Source: Octopus bimaculoides
Lineage: Eukaryota
DNA: 64,000 nt
NCBI RefSeq assembly: GCF_001194135.2
Contig: NC_068994.1
Span: forward strand, 37,749,644 to 37,813,643
Reading direction: 5' to 3'
In this document: positions 1-12,768 of the stretch, piece after piece
How the letters are laid out: each line of letters opens with the position of its first letter
How positions within the stretch are numbered: the first letter of the stretch is position 1
Notes under the pieces: generated by a model
What the model was told of the DNA's origin: nothing
Database searches by the model: none
Seen by the model: only the letters and a program-made list of their open reading frames with translations
Program-made: the position numbers and the translations under genes

Positions 1-1
1 G

Positions 2-268
2 TATTTTATCTACCTTCCTACTTATTAGGATTTTGGTTTTAGCTAGGTTGACTCTAAGGCCCTTCAATTCTAGACCTTGCTTCCACACCTGAAACTTCTC
101 CTCTAGTTCTGATAGTGACTCTGCAATTAGGGCAAGGTCATCAGCATAGAGGAGCTCCCAGGGGCAACTTGTCTTGAACGCCTCTGTGATTGCCTGGAGG
201 ACTATGATAAATAAGAGGGGGCTGAGGACGGAACCTTGGTGGACCCCTACCTCTACCCGGAATTCATT
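2..268 (-). mobile_element. RTE-clade LINE reverse-transcriptase fragment, 5'-truncated, runs off the window edge
   Basis: Manual translation gives 89 stop-free codons: NEFRVEVGVHQGSVLSPLLFIIVLQAITEAFKTSCPWELLYADDLALIAESLSELEEKFQVWKQGLELKGLRVNLAKTKILISRKVDKI. It carries the QGSVLSP and YADD (137-148) RT motifs. Confidence 0.92.
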
Positions 269-697
269 GCTATATATATTATATATATATACACACATAC
301 ACATACATTCACACATACATGATATACACACACATGCATATATACATACACACACACATACACACACACACACGAGCGTTAAACTCTGTTTTAAATAAAT
401 TGAAAGGCAGCCCGTCCTTAACATGGTTGTTTATTATACTAGAAATAGCAATTATCAAACATACAAAATGGCCTCTATTCCGATCACCTAATATGCCGCA
501 AATGGGAAAAAAGTCCTCTGCAGTATATTAGGAGGCGAGATTAGTTGATAGCACCTGAAAATGAAATGGAAAAAAAAATAACTCCGAGGTGTGGGGGAGA
601 AATTTCTGAGGTCCAAGTTGACTGGGAACCTGAGGCCCACCAAAATTGTTCCCAATTGGGTCCCACACCTCCTAAGGCTAGCCCTGTATATATGCAC

Positions 698-738
<41 letters not shown>

Positions 739-1569
739 GGCAGACAGACTGACAAATAGAAAGAAAAAGAGAGAGAGATTTTAGATAGAAAGATGAATAG
801 ATGTATGCACACGCACACACACATAATGAGTTATGCAGTAAATGAAATACAAATTTATACAATAAGATTTTTGTTAACGATTCATGTACAGATAATTTTT
901 TTCATACAGTTTCTATGCTTTTTTTTTTTGTTTTTTGTTTAATTTATTTTACTACAATGAAATTTTCTCAGCTGTACTCGCCTTTTTCAAATGTTATGCA
1001 TGTTGAAACATGCTGAAAATTAGCATTGATGATATGTAAATTTGTCTTGTTTTTAACTTTTTCCTTCGCTGTAAAACGTTTTTAACTTCACTATGAAGAA
1101 ACTATTTCAATGACAATTACTAAATTTTTTCTTATATCATTTAATTGATCTTCATCATTATCACTCCTTTTTAGATGAGTACATTTTGAAAATATCTCTT
1201 TTATGATGTTTTGTCTTGCCTTCATTTTATCATGTTAGTTCTCCGACTTAAATGCACTCAAACACAGGATGATAAAGTGCTTGTTTTTTAATCTGTTCTT
1301 TTCTTTACAGCAGTACATTTTCAAGTATCTTATTGCCTCTCTTTATCCATGTAATTATCTACTTAGTTTCTTCAAGAACAGAAGTAACATCCACTTTTTT
1401 GTTTATAACGGTAAAACATAGGATTGGTAAATGGAAATAAAATCAAAAAGGGTGGGGGAGGGGAAGGTCAGAGAAATAACGGGGAAAAAAAACACAACAA
1501 AGTTTTGACTAAGAAATAATGTCGCAGGAAAAATGTCACAATTCATTCAAATACCTAAAATACTACTAC

Positions 1570-1592
1570 TAATAATAATGATAATAATAATG

Positions 1593-1656
<64 letters not shown>

Positions 1657-1765
1657 TAATAATCATGATTGTGATTGTGATTATGTTCAACATAATCATC
1701 ATTGTTGTCACCATCATTGTTATCATCATTGTTGTTGTCATCGTCGTCGTCATCATCATCATCAT
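1570..1765. repeat. Compound (AAT)n/(ATC)n microsatellite
   Basis: Seen directly in the sequence. Confidence 0.95.
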
Positions 1766-2036
1766 CTGTTTATGTCCACATTCCATGGTGGCAGAACACT
1801 TTGTAAATTAGTTTGCAAAGGAGCAAAGAAAAGCATAAGGTTGAGAGATCCCTTTTGGCACATCTCATTGAGCAGGATACAAACCCCCTTAGTGCTGGTG
1901 TCATAATAAATGTACACTGTAAGTGGTTGACGACAAAAATTCATTCAACCAGGGAAGCCAAACCAAAAATGAAGTGAAAGAACAAGATATGGTCACTCCA
2001 TGATGACAGCTACTAACTGACAGTAAAATTAATTTA

Positions 2037-2212
2037 CCCTTCAGCATCCAAATTACTTATTTATGCACATTGATTTAAATTAATCATGCATTATATCATA
2101 GTTTTGAGATTTTGAAGATGTAATTGTTTATATTTAAAATGACATTGTTGGATAAGTATGAGAGGCTGGATCTAGCCAGTTTGAACTTAAAACAGGTAGA
2201 ATATTTAACCAG
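2037..2212 (+). mobile_element. Partial copy of the ~220-bp TTAA/CCCTTT piggyBac-like MITE
   Basis: Internal sequence (aattaatcatgcattat...gagaggctggatctagccagtttgaac...aacaggtagaatattt) matches the copies at 11946 and 53887. The right end is missing. Confidence 0.75.
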
Positions 2213-2217
2213 AGTAA

Positions 2218-2720
2218 GATTTGAACTCATATAATAACTATTTTTAATTAAGACACAAGACCAGCAACTTTTGAGGGGAGGGTATTAATTGATTACAACA
2301 GACCCAGCACTTTATTTTATCAACCCTGAAAAGACAAAAAATAAAGATGACCTTGGTGGGATTTGAACCCATATAATAAATGTTTCTAATTTCTAATTTA
2401 AACACAAGGTCAGCAACTTTTGTGGTGAAAGGATTAGTTGATTATCTCAATCCCAGTATTTGACTATGTTATATACTATATTATATCAACCCTGAATAGA
2501 TGAAAAGCAAAGATGTCTTTGGTAGGATTTGAACTCATAATAATTATTTCTAATTTAGGCACAAGGTCTGCTACTTCTGAGGGAAAGGGGTTGGTTGATT
2601 ATATTGACTCCCCAGTATTTGACTGGTTCCAATCCTCAGCAGATTTTGAACTCAGAACATAAAGAAGCCTGGAATAGATACCACCAAACATTATTTCCAT
2701 TGCTTTAATGATTCTGCAAA
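2218..2720 (-). repeat. Tandem array of SINE 'family D' 3' segments (3 units plus a head-bearing end)
   Basis: The motif gatttgaac(t/c)ca recurs at about 2218, 2360, 2526 and 2642. Each unit also carries 'cacaagg...ttgatta...ccagta...tcaaccctgaa'. Confidence 0.75.
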
Positions 2721-2884
2721 TCCACTGTCCTCATCATGAATAAAATAATGAAGTGAAATCTTCCAGTGACTATTTTTTGTAATTTTTTTCCAAGATTCAA
2801 AAGATTCACTGAAAACGTTTATTTTAGAGAAAGACTATAATAAAAAATTTATTATATTGCTTTATCTTAATTTTTATCTTTTAT

Positions 2885-3067
2885 CTTTTACTAGTGTCAG
2901 TCATTGGACTGCAGCCATACTGGGGCACCACTTTGAAGGATTTAATCAAACAAATCAATGCCAGCACTTACTTTCTTTACATCTGATTTTCTTTTGCTAA
3001 ACCAGTGTGTTATGAGGATGTAAATAAGCAAACACCTGTTGCCAAGTTGTGAGAGATATACAAGCAT

Positions 3068-3106
<39 letters not shown>

Positions 3107-3272
3107 ACGTTTTCCACAATTTTTGTCTACCAAATTCACTCAGAAGTTATTGGTTGACCCAACGATACAGAAGAAGACACTTCTTGCCCAAGGTGCCACA
3201 CAGTGGGACTGAACCTGAAACCATGTGATTGCAAAGAGAACTTCTTAATCACACAGCCATGCCTGTGCCTAT
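2885..3272 (-). mobile_element. tRNA-derived SINE 'family A' copy with internal (CA)n
   Basis: Matches the better-preserved copies at 10038 and 28401 (cagtcattggactg...gcaccac; ccaaggtgccacacagtgggactgaacc...cacacagccat). Confidence 0.85.
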
Positions 3273-5034
3273 AAATTGCTGCCAAACATTATTGAGCTAG
3301 AGGTGATTAAAGTTGGTGATTATTGCTATGGAGAAGGTCCTTCTATAATAAGTATACAACATCCTAAAGAGATTGCAGAGTTAAACACAAATACAATGAA
3401 AAAATTCAATGTTCTTCAACTTATTGAAGTAGAATAAAAGGTCATGCAACATATTTCTACTAGAATGGTTAGTGCTTATATTATGTTGATTGTGAAGATC
3501 AATGGATGTTTGGACCTGCAGGGCACCGGACAAAATGTCTTGTGGTATTTAATTATGGCCTCTTAATTTGTTGAAATCTCGTTGAGGTTAACTTCACCTT
3601 TCTTCCTTCTAGCATTGCTAGAATAAATAAATATCAGTCAAGTAGTTATGCCAATTTCATTTCTTCCATATCTAGGAATTATAAGAATATATATTGACAC
3701 CAGTACTTAGCAGGTACTTATCAATACTAGGAAGATGAAAGACAAAGATGGTCATGGATTTCTGTAATATTTCCTTTTACTTTCAGAATGCTTTACAATT
3801 CTATTAAGTAGGCCCTGGTACTTGATTTCATCAACCCTGGAAGGAGGATAAGCAAAGTTTGTTGTTACCTTTCCTTATAACTGCATTCATATCTAGGATG
3901 AGTTATAAAAATATCAAATCAACTCTAGTACTTATTGAGTGCTTGATTGTATCACTGCTAGAAGAATGTAAAGCAAAATTCATTTTAGATTTTTTTATAA
4001 TTCCATTTACAGTTAAGATTCATCATAAAAATATAAATGGGGTGTAATTCATTGGTATTTCATTTATCAGCCCTGAAAGACAAAAGATATAGTTGACCGA
4101 TATCTTTTGAAATTTGAACTCAGACTGTAAAGGGTGTAATTAAATTCAAAAATACTTAGCTCTCTAGTACTTCTGTTAATCAACTACCTCAATCAATGCC
4201 ATGAAATAAACTTGGAATATGAAATTTTATTTCTATGTTAGAAATAATTGTTTTGAATGTGTGATNNNNNNNNNNNNNNNNNNNNNNNNNNNNNNNNNNN
4301 NNNNNNNNNNNNNNNNNNNNNNNNNNNNNNNNNNNNNNNNNNNNNNNNNNNNNNNNNNNNNNNNNNNNNNNNNNNNNNNNNNNNATTTTGAATGTGTGAA
4401 AATTGTCTACAGAACCAAATTTAAGAACAGAAGCACTGTCAGAGCATCATGTCAAGATGTCTTCTGTGATATTAAATGTTTAAAAAAAAATCAGCAATGG
4501 TGAGATAAATATCAGAGATGCTTTGCTCCACACAAAAGCTGCAAGAGCTACTCAGAGATATTCCAAACTCTTCTTCTGTATTCATTGCAATGTTGGAAAC
4601 CCTTTTATTCTATCAGAAGATAACTCAGGGTTAGAAGTATTCCACTTCTTAGCCTGTATACTTCACATGACTGGGCAGTGAAGTATGGATAAACCTTCAC
4701 TTGCAGAAGGGTTCCATCTGGGGTCTCTTATTCACTGGAACCACCTGTTGCCATGCTTCTCCCCTTGGTGACTGTCTTGTGTTTGTCTGGGTTTCAGACC
4801 ATTCTTCTGTAGGAAAAAGCACATTGTGAGACCCAGAACTGTTATGTTTTAGGTCTCTCAAGAAATTATGATTGTCATATAACTTCAAGTATACCAGTCA
4901 CAATAACATCTGTGCGTGCACATGCGTGTGTGTTTGAGTGTGTTTGCGTGTGTTTGTGTGTGTGTGTATGTGTGTATGTGTGTGTGTGCATGTGCATGCA
5001 CGTAAATATATGTACCAATACTTATGTCTACATA

Positions 5035-5175
5035 CATCATCATCATTTAATGTCCCATTTTTCTATGCTTGCCTGCATCAGATGGTATTTGCCGTGGCAA
5101 GTTTTCTATGTGAGATTAGAAATGAAGGACATTGCTGGTATGATGGTACTGCTCACTTACGACCATCATTTGATG
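5035..5175 (-). mobile_element. 'Family C' short retroposon end with (ATG)n tail, internally deleted
   Basis: catcatcatttaatgtcc...tgcttgc, homologous to copies at 21725, 39420 and 46110. Confidence 0.65.
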
Positions 5176-6400
5176 TCAAGGACAAGAGTACACACACACA
5201 CACACACACATGCATGCACGCACACACACACACACGCGCAAACACACATGCATGCACACACATTTTCATACACACACACGTGCACATGTGCACACACACA
5301 AATATATATGTGTGTGTGTGTGTTAAGATTTTTGCTTCCCATCCATATAATTTTGGGTTCAGTCTCATCACATGGTACTATAGACAGTTGTTTTCCACTA
5401 TATAGTCCCAGGTTGACCAAAGCCTTTTTAGTATATTTGGTAAACAGGAAACTGAAAGAAGTCTATTGCATTTGTGCACACACACACACATATATATCTG
5501 TCTGCATGTATGTATATGTATATGTTGGCTTTCTTACCTAGCCAGAAGGGTGGTGTCATTCAAAAGCTAAAATGATGCAAAGCATATTATGGCCAGTGAT
5601 GTATAACAATACCCAATAGTCTACTTGGTCATGCAATCATATGATATATGTACACGCACACACACACACAACACATACACTAATACATGTACACATCCTA
5701 GCCACTAGACCATTTACCCCTATAATATTTAGGAAGCAAAAAGAAAGATGCTTTTAACATGGTGAGTAGACTAGGGATACCTACCACAAATAGACTGAGA
5801 ATTACAACAGATCAGAGAAAGATGTTAAATAATGCCAGATCTCAACTGAGCAAGACATTACATCATCCATATTAAAGGAGAACAGACTTGCAGATGCATT
5901 AGCCATAACAGAAATAAACGATAAATCTCATGCTAGTAACAACAATGTTATTGTGGATATAATAAGTTACTATAACAATATATACAAGAGAAGGTTGAAT
6001 AAAAAAGAAGATGAGTGAATTATAAGGAAGTTAAGTTAATTAAAGCTTCAATTGCATAAAAGTAAAAATGGAAGGGAAAGCATTTAGATGAAATTCAAAG
6101 TGTTTTAGCAGCAATTAGGGGCAGAAATATCATTTTGAAATCACAGTTTTAGAAGGAGAATGTAAAACAAGAGTACATTAGAGAATAAGAAAATGAAAAT
6201 TTCTACCTTTGTTTTTCTTGAAGGCATTCTGTCTAATCAAATTACATATATGTGTTTCTGAGTACATACATACATACAGACAAACAGACAGACAACAGAC
6301 AGACAGACATGCACACACGTGCATATGGACACAACATATATATATATATATATATACATATGTGTGTGTATATTTATATATATATGTGTGTGTATGTGCA

Positions 6401-6431
<31 letters not shown>

Positions 6432-6699
6432 NNNNNNNNNNCAGACAGACAGACATGCACACACGTGCATATGGACACAACATATATATATATATATATA
6501 TACATATACATACATACATATATATATACATATATATATGTAATATATGTGTGCTTGCGTGTGTCTGTGTATGGAGATGATTTGTTGATAACTGCAATAT
6601 GCAAATCAAAACTGTGACAAAAGAGAAAACACATAGATGGAAAATGAAAATATTGAAACCATAAACAAGATGGCAAAATATTTCTTTTTTCAGAAGTGG

Positions 6700-7575
6700 G
6701 AAACCATTTTAGAAGTGGATAATCAGAACACCATATAATTTCTATTAAATAAGAACAACTTCCACTAAGTAAAAGTAACATGGAAACAAACAAAACACTT
6801 TTGCCTATACAGAACGCAGCAATGAAATACAAAAGAGAAACAAACAAGACTGAAACACTGAAATCAAAACAGATAGGATTAAAGAAACAAGAGAAAAAAA
6901 TAACAGCATAAAAACAAAACCACAAAACATACTCAAGATGAAACACAGAGAAAAATCACTCCATAGCCAATACCTTGTGAGGCTTGACAGAGAAGATGTG
7001 AGCCTAAATGAAAGCCAACAATAACTCAAAAGCCATGGATTAAAAGCAGAAATGGAAGGATTGATTCTTACTGCACAAAATCAATGCTTGAACACAAAGA
7101 ACTATAAAAGCAGAAAAAGGAAAACTGGCCCTTACATGAAATGCAAAATGTGCAACAAGCACAATGAGACAGTTGACCACATCGTCTCTGGCTACCCAGT
7201 CCTGGTCAAATCTAAATATATATACAGACATGACTGAGTGAGTAGCTACATCCACTGGACAATTAGCTAACACCACAACATAAAAACAAACAAGAAGTGG
7301 TATAAGTATATGTTAAACAAGGTGCATGAGAAGGACTGGTTCATAGTATCTGGGATATGTCTGTTCAAACCAACAAAGAAATCAAAGCAAATCACCCAGA
7401 TATAATAATCAAGGACTGGGAAAAAAAGCACATGCTTACTAAACGAAATTGTGGTTCATTATGACCAAAATATTGTTCAAAATGAAATGAAGAAACTGTC
7501 AAAATTCAAAGAATTTGAAACTGAAATATTCAAGATGTGGAGCATGAAAGCAAAAATAATACCAGTAATAACTGA
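6700..7575 (+). mobile_element. Degenerate RLE-type (R4/Dong-like) LINE C-terminal region
   Basis: Broken frames give GLKAEMEGLILTAQNQCLNT, a CCHC-like knuckle (CKMCNKHNETVDHIVSGYP), RHD, WDMSVQTNKEIKANHPDIIIKD (PD endonuclease motif) and KMWSMKAKIIPVI. Confidence 0.85.
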
Positions 7576-7942
7576 AGGGATGAAAGGCAAAGTCGACCTC
7601 AGTGGTATTTGAACTCAGAACATAAAAGACATGAAATGCTGCTGAGCATTTTGCCCAGCATTCTAACAATTATGCCAGGAGTAGTATTAGTAGTGGTGGT
7701 GGAAAAAATGAAAAAAAGAAATTATCCTCCTTTCTACTAGGCATAAGGGCCTGACGTCGTGGGGGACAGGATAGTCAATTACATCAACTTCAGTATTCAA
7801 CTGGTACTTTTTTCATTGACCTTGAAAGGATGAAATGCAAAATCAACCTTAGTAGAATTTGAACTAAGAATGTAAAGAGCTGGAAAAGAGCTGGTAAGCA
7901 TCTTGTCCAGCATGGTAACGATTCTGCTATCTTACCACGTTG

Positions 7943-7991
<49 letters not shown>

Positions 7992-8010
7992 TGATGATGA
8001 TGATGATGAT

Positions 8011-8045
<35 letters not shown>

Positions 8046-8270
8046 TGATGATGACCCTTTCTACTAAAGGCACAAAGTCTGAAATTTTGTGGGAGGAGAC
8101 TAGTTGAATACATCAACCCCAGTACTCCACTGCTACTTAATTTATCAACCCCAAAAGGATAAAAGTAAAGTTGCCGTTTGCAGAATTTGAACTCAGAATG
8201 TAGTACCAGGCAAAATACCGTTAAGCATTTCACCAGGAATGCTAATGATTCTGCCAGCTCACCAACTTAA
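7575..8270 (-). mobile_element. Three SINE 'family D' copies separated by (AAT)n/(GAT)n tracts
   Basis: Repeated 'atgaaaggcaaagtcgacctc...atttgaactcagaa' at about 7580, 7830 and 8160, the same as the intact copy at 19690-19885. Confidence 0.85.
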
Positions 8271-8500
8271 TGATAATAACGATAATGTTAATAATAATAG
8301 TAATAATAATAGTGGCGGTAGTAGTAGTAGTAGTAGTGCTAGTAAAAAAACGAAATTATAATAATAATGATAATATTAAAATATATGTTCTTTTTGTAAG
8401 CACAAAATCATTTTTGAAGATAAATTATTGAAAATTTATTATAGACAAAAATAAAACTTAGGTTTAAATAATTAAAAATGCTACACATGCAAATATAATT

Positions 8501-8534
<34 letters not shown>

Positions 8535-9052
8535 AACACACACATACACACACATGCTTGCGCATGTGCAGATACATACCACACACACATATATGTCTAT
8601 ACACATACATGCAGACACGCCCCCATGTGCACACACACACATACACACACACACACAAATAATAAATTATCCAGTGACTGAAATTTTCAGACAAGTGAGG
8701 TACATCAAAGAAAAGATATAACCATTATTTTCATAATGAATTGATCTTTAAAAAAATAAAAATTTGTTGCAGAAAAAGATGGAGAAATAGAAAGGATTAT
8801 GATAAAAGTGAGACAATCTAGATTTCTAGATAGCAAAAGATAAAAGGATGGCAAATACAAACAATGTAAAATAGAAAACTGTTATGTCTTGACTAAGAAA
8901 ACAAACTGTGAAGCTCGTTAGATAGGTAAAAACATTATATTTTCAGGGATATTTCTCTACACACTTGAACAAATATGTGAATGTAGAATGTTTGTTTTTT
9001 ATCAAAGCATTAAAGATCCTATATTAAACCTTGACTGTGTGATGCACACATG

Positions 9053-9103
<51 letters not shown>

Positions 9104-9130
9104 NNNNNNNNNNNNNNNNNNNNNNNNNNN

Positions 9131-9163
<33 letters not shown>

Positions 9164-9249
9164 TAATAATAAGGAGAACTATGAAGTTGCATAGCATTAC
9201 CTTTAATTCTTTAATTCATATACTGCCTTACATAGACCATATATGTATT

Positions 9250-9299
<50 letters not shown>

Positions 9300-9351
9300 T
9301 GTGTATGTGTGTGTGTACATATGCATATCTATATATATATGTGTATATATA

Positions 9352-9382
<31 letters not shown>

Positions 9383-9402
9383 GTATATATATGTATGTAT
9401 GT

Positions 9403-9620
9403 GAAGGCACATGGCTCAGTGGTTAGGGCCTTGATCTTATGACCGTGAGGTTGTGAGTTCGAATCCCAGACTGGGCTGCGTGTTGTGTTCTTGAGCAAGA
9501 CACTTTATTTCATGTTGCTCCAGTTCACTCAGCTGTAGAAATGAGTCAATTTCTTCAACCCTTCAAGGCAGTGCCCCACCATGGTCACAATCCAATGACT
9601 GGAACAAGTATAAGATAAAA
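9403..9620 (+). mobile_element. tRNA-derived SINE 'family B' head and CORE-like segment joined to a family A-like tail
   Basis: A box tggctcagtgg, B box gttcgaatcc, then gtgttcttgagcaagacactt...cactcagctg, then ggcagtgccccaccatggtcacaatccaatgactggaacaag. Confidence 0.8.
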
Positions 9621-9624
9621 ATCT

Positions 9625-9945
9625 CTCAGTAATTGCTGGTGTGTATGGCCAGTCATGATTATGAGCATTTCAGTTCATGCAATCAACTGAGGAGCCTGCT
9701 CGTTAAATTAATATCACAAGTGGCTGAGCACTCAAAAAGACATGTACCCGTAACATAGTTTTCAGGGAGATACAGCGTAACACAAATTGTGATAAGGCTG
9801 GCCCATTTGAATTACAGGTACTACTCATTTTTGCCAACTGAGTGGACTGGAGTCATGAGAAATAAAGTTTCTTGCTTAAGGACACAATGAATTGTCAGGA
9901 ATCATGCTCATAACCGTATGATCATGAGCTGAATACCCTAGAAAT
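9625..9945 (-). mobile_element. SINE 'family B' copy
   Basis: Homologous to 40005-40250 (+) and 42985-43325 (-). Confidence 0.8.
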
Positions 9946-10037
9946 ATAATTATTACAAAAAATGTATTGAATAATCAAAGTGTTTTGGCTTTTTTTCATT
10001 TCCAAATGCTTCTCTGTCAATTACCAAATAAGTGAAA

Positions 10038-10680
10038 GAGTGACTGTGTGGTAAGTAGCTTGTTTTCCAACCACATGGTTCCGGGTTCAGTCCCACTGCG
10101 TGGAACCTTGGGCAAGTGACTTCTACTATAGCCTTGGGCTGACCAAAGCCTTGTGAGTGAATTTGGTAGACGCAAACTGAAAGAAGCCTGTCGTATATAT
10201 GTATATGTATATATATATGTGTGTGTGTTTTGTGTCTGTTTGTCTCCCCAACATCGCTTGACAACCGATGCTGGTGTGTTTACGTCCCCGTAACTTAGCG
10301 GTTCAGCAAAAGAGACCGATAGAATAAGTACTAGGNNNNNNNNNNGTGGAACCTTGGGCAAGTGACTTCTACTATAGCCTTGGGCTGACCAAAGCCTTGT
10401 GAGTGAATTTGGTAGACGCAAACTGAAAGAAGCCTGTCGTATATATGTATATGTATATATATATGTGTGTGTGTTTTGTGTCTGTTTGTCTCCCCAACAT
10501 CGCTTGACAACCGATGCTGGTGTGTTTACGTCCCCGTAACTTAGCGGTTCAGCAAAAGAGACCGATAGAATAAGTACTAGGCTTACAAAGAATAAGTCCT
10601 GGGGTTGATTTTCTCGACTAAAGGCAGTGCTCCAGCATCGCCGCAGTCAAGTGACTGAAACGAGTAAAAGATTAAAGAGT
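10038..10680 (+). mobile_element. Well-preserved SINE 'family A' copy, partly duplicated across a 10-N gap
   Basis: A box-like tgactgtgtggt, B box ggttcagtccc, ccttgggcaagt CORE-like segment, internal TA/TG repeat and tail aaacgagtaaaag. Confidence 0.9.
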
Positions 10681-11366
10681 TATACTTTTCACATTCTATG
10701 TGTCATTTCTTAAGGTTCACCAGCAATGTGAATGAAATTACTGCTGCAAATTGTCACTAATTTATAGATTTGGTGTTCAACTCTGGAGAATGTAAACAAG
10801 CCTCTGTAAGGATCAGAAACAATTTTATTGTAAATAAACACTCCTAGAAATTCATCACAGTTATTCTGCACTGCCAGGCGAAATAAAACAATGAAGTGGA
10901 ATTATCTATATAGCTAGAAACAAAATGAGATACTTCAATTAATGGCAGTAATAACATTAATGAAGTGTTTTATTAATGACAATTTCTTTTTAACAATAGA
11001 AGTTTCCGTTGTCTTGTCCCCAGTATTATTATGTTAGAAAGTGACTTCTAGACATTGATTATATTCGTTAATTACGGAGATGGTCGTTATAAAACTTAAT
11101 AATGAGGTTTTAGAGCAAAATGACCAATCAACAGTCGGTAAATCTTCGGTGTTGAAGAAAAGTTACAGATCAACAGAACAATGCAATGAATATTCAGACA
11201 CTTTGCCTAAGGAAAAGAAGAAATATTATGATCAAAATACCACGTTTTTTTGTCTTGGCACAAGCATCAGCGATTTAAGGGAGATATTAGAGAGGTGAAA
11301 TGCCTGTGCCTGAAGCATTTTAAAGTAAGGAAGGGCCTTGTAAAGGGTCGGTCCCACTCTCTAAAC

Positions 11367-11622
11367 TAGTGGTTCTCAAACATTTTTTCTCCTTTGGAAC
11401 CCTTTGATTCCTATTTTACATGGATGGACCCTCAGAGCCATTCAATGTTTGAAAAATCTTATTATGCTTTAAGGATTAAATATTATAAGGAATTGTATAA
11501 GAAAAAATTGTTAAAACATTTGGTGTTTTGTAAAAGTATAACAAATTTATTGCACATAAATTTTAACAAAAAAATCATATATGGACCCCCAAGAAACATA
11601 TGGACTCTAGTTGAAACCGCTG
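11367..11622. mobile_element. hAT (Charlie-like) MITE, 256 bp
   Basis: Termini tagtggttctcaa and ttgaaaccgctg are imperfect TIRs. The flanking 8-mers ctctaaac (11359-11366) and ctctaaaa (11623-11630) match 7/8, consistent with an 8-bp hAT TSD. Confidence 0.8.
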
Positions 11623-11945
11623 CTCTAAAACAATGTATGCACTTGCCCCAAAAGAAAAGCTAGTCTATATTATTTGATGCAGATGAAGTTGCAGGTGTTA
11701 CATTTGAGTTTTCCTTCTAGTGAGTTGCCTAAACAAAGACTAGATTTCTCTCACTCCCAGTTGTTGGATGGCTGTTGACTCTACTGAGATCATCAGCCCA
11801 TTAACAGGCCTTGTTTTGAGTCCTGCAGAGTGCCCAACAAAAGCCACCTTCCTTAGCAAAACAGGCTTGGTAGTATTTCAGGTTTAGTCACTGCCAACCT
11901 GACCATGTTACAAATTGTACTGTTTCATGTTACCAGTAGCATTAA

Positions 11946-12165
11946 CCCTTTAGTGTTCATGTTATTCTGTCAAACATAATGCTTATTGATTCACATTGTT
12001 TTGAATTAATCATGCATCATCTGATAGCTTTTGAGATTTGGATTATTTGATTGTTTATTTTAGAATGACATTGTAGGGTTGGTGCGAGAGCCAAGGTCTG
12101 ATCAGTTTGAACATAAAACAGATAGAATATTTTGGCCGGATGTGGCCAGTTTAAAAGCTAAAAGG
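11946..12165 (+). mobile_element. piggyBac-like MITE, 220 bp
   Basis: TTAA (11942-45) then ccctttag...ctaaaagg then TTAA (12166-69). Three copies occur in the window. Confidence 0.8.
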
Positions 12166-12444
12166 TTAATTAGAGAACCATTCTAGCATTGGATAGAATT
12201 CCTCACAGAATTTGAGCCAATACTCTGTGCTCTGATTTCTAATCCTGCCAAGTCAACTTTGCAGTGGATTGGCGGAACTGTTTGGGTATCAGGTAAGATG
12301 ATTTACTGTATCAGTTCTGACTACATTCTGAAAGTAGTTCCTGCAATGACATTGGTACCAAACTGTATTGACTGAAGGCAGTAGCCTTTCCTTTGGATAA
12401 ACATAAGTGCTATGAAGAAAGAAAAAGGCTTGCATTGCATACTC

Positions 12445-12768
12445 TTTACTCTCTCTTTTACTCTTTTACTTGTTTCAGTCATTTGACTGCGGCCATGCTG
12501 GAGCACCACCTTTAGTCGAGCAAATCGACCCCAGAACTTATTCTTTGTAAGCCTAGTACTTATTCTATTGGTCTCTTTTGCCGAACCACTAAGTTACAGG
12601 GATGTAAACACACCAGCATCGGTTGTCAAGCGATGTTGGGGGGACAAACACAGACACACAAACATATACATACACATACATATATATATATACATATATA
12701 CGACAGGCTTTTTTCAGTTTCTGTCTACCAAATCTACTCATAAGGCTTTGGTTGGCCTGAGGCTATAG
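12445..12768 (-). mobile_element. SINE 'family A' copy lacking its tRNA head, fused to the Gypsy remnant
   Basis: Follows the family A consensus up to 'gaggctatag', then switches abruptly to Gypsy RT sequence. Confidence 0.88.

Noticed and set aside
4697-4888. Minus-strand ORF with a good acceptor near 4810
   Set aside because: The donor sites are weak and the peptide is unrecognised in either open frame.
6570-6617. YGDDLLITA resembling an RT YxDD motif
   Set aside because: It is isolated, abuts a TG repeat, has no flanking RT motifs, and is too close to the downstream CCHC knuckle for R4-type spacing.
9403-9480. tRNA gene (A and B boxes present)
   Set aside because: It continues into SINE body sequence, has no complete cloverleaf or acceptor stem, and has multiple diverged copies. 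It is a SINE head.
10091-10581. Apparent ~235-bp perfect tandem duplication inside a SINE
   Set aside because: The identical copies sit either side of a 10-N gap, the signature of unmerged overlapping contig ends. The same pattern occurs at about 6300-6500. Assembly artefact.
11080-11298. 72-aa ORF in unique sequence
   Set aside because: No recognisable domain, no convincing splice boundaries, and a length within chance expectation.
12258-12295. Exon-like segment with a strong cag|gtaaga donor
   Set aside because: It aligns with the degenerate head of SINE family D (ggtgaattggcagaatcgttag...) and is preceded by another SINE fragment.
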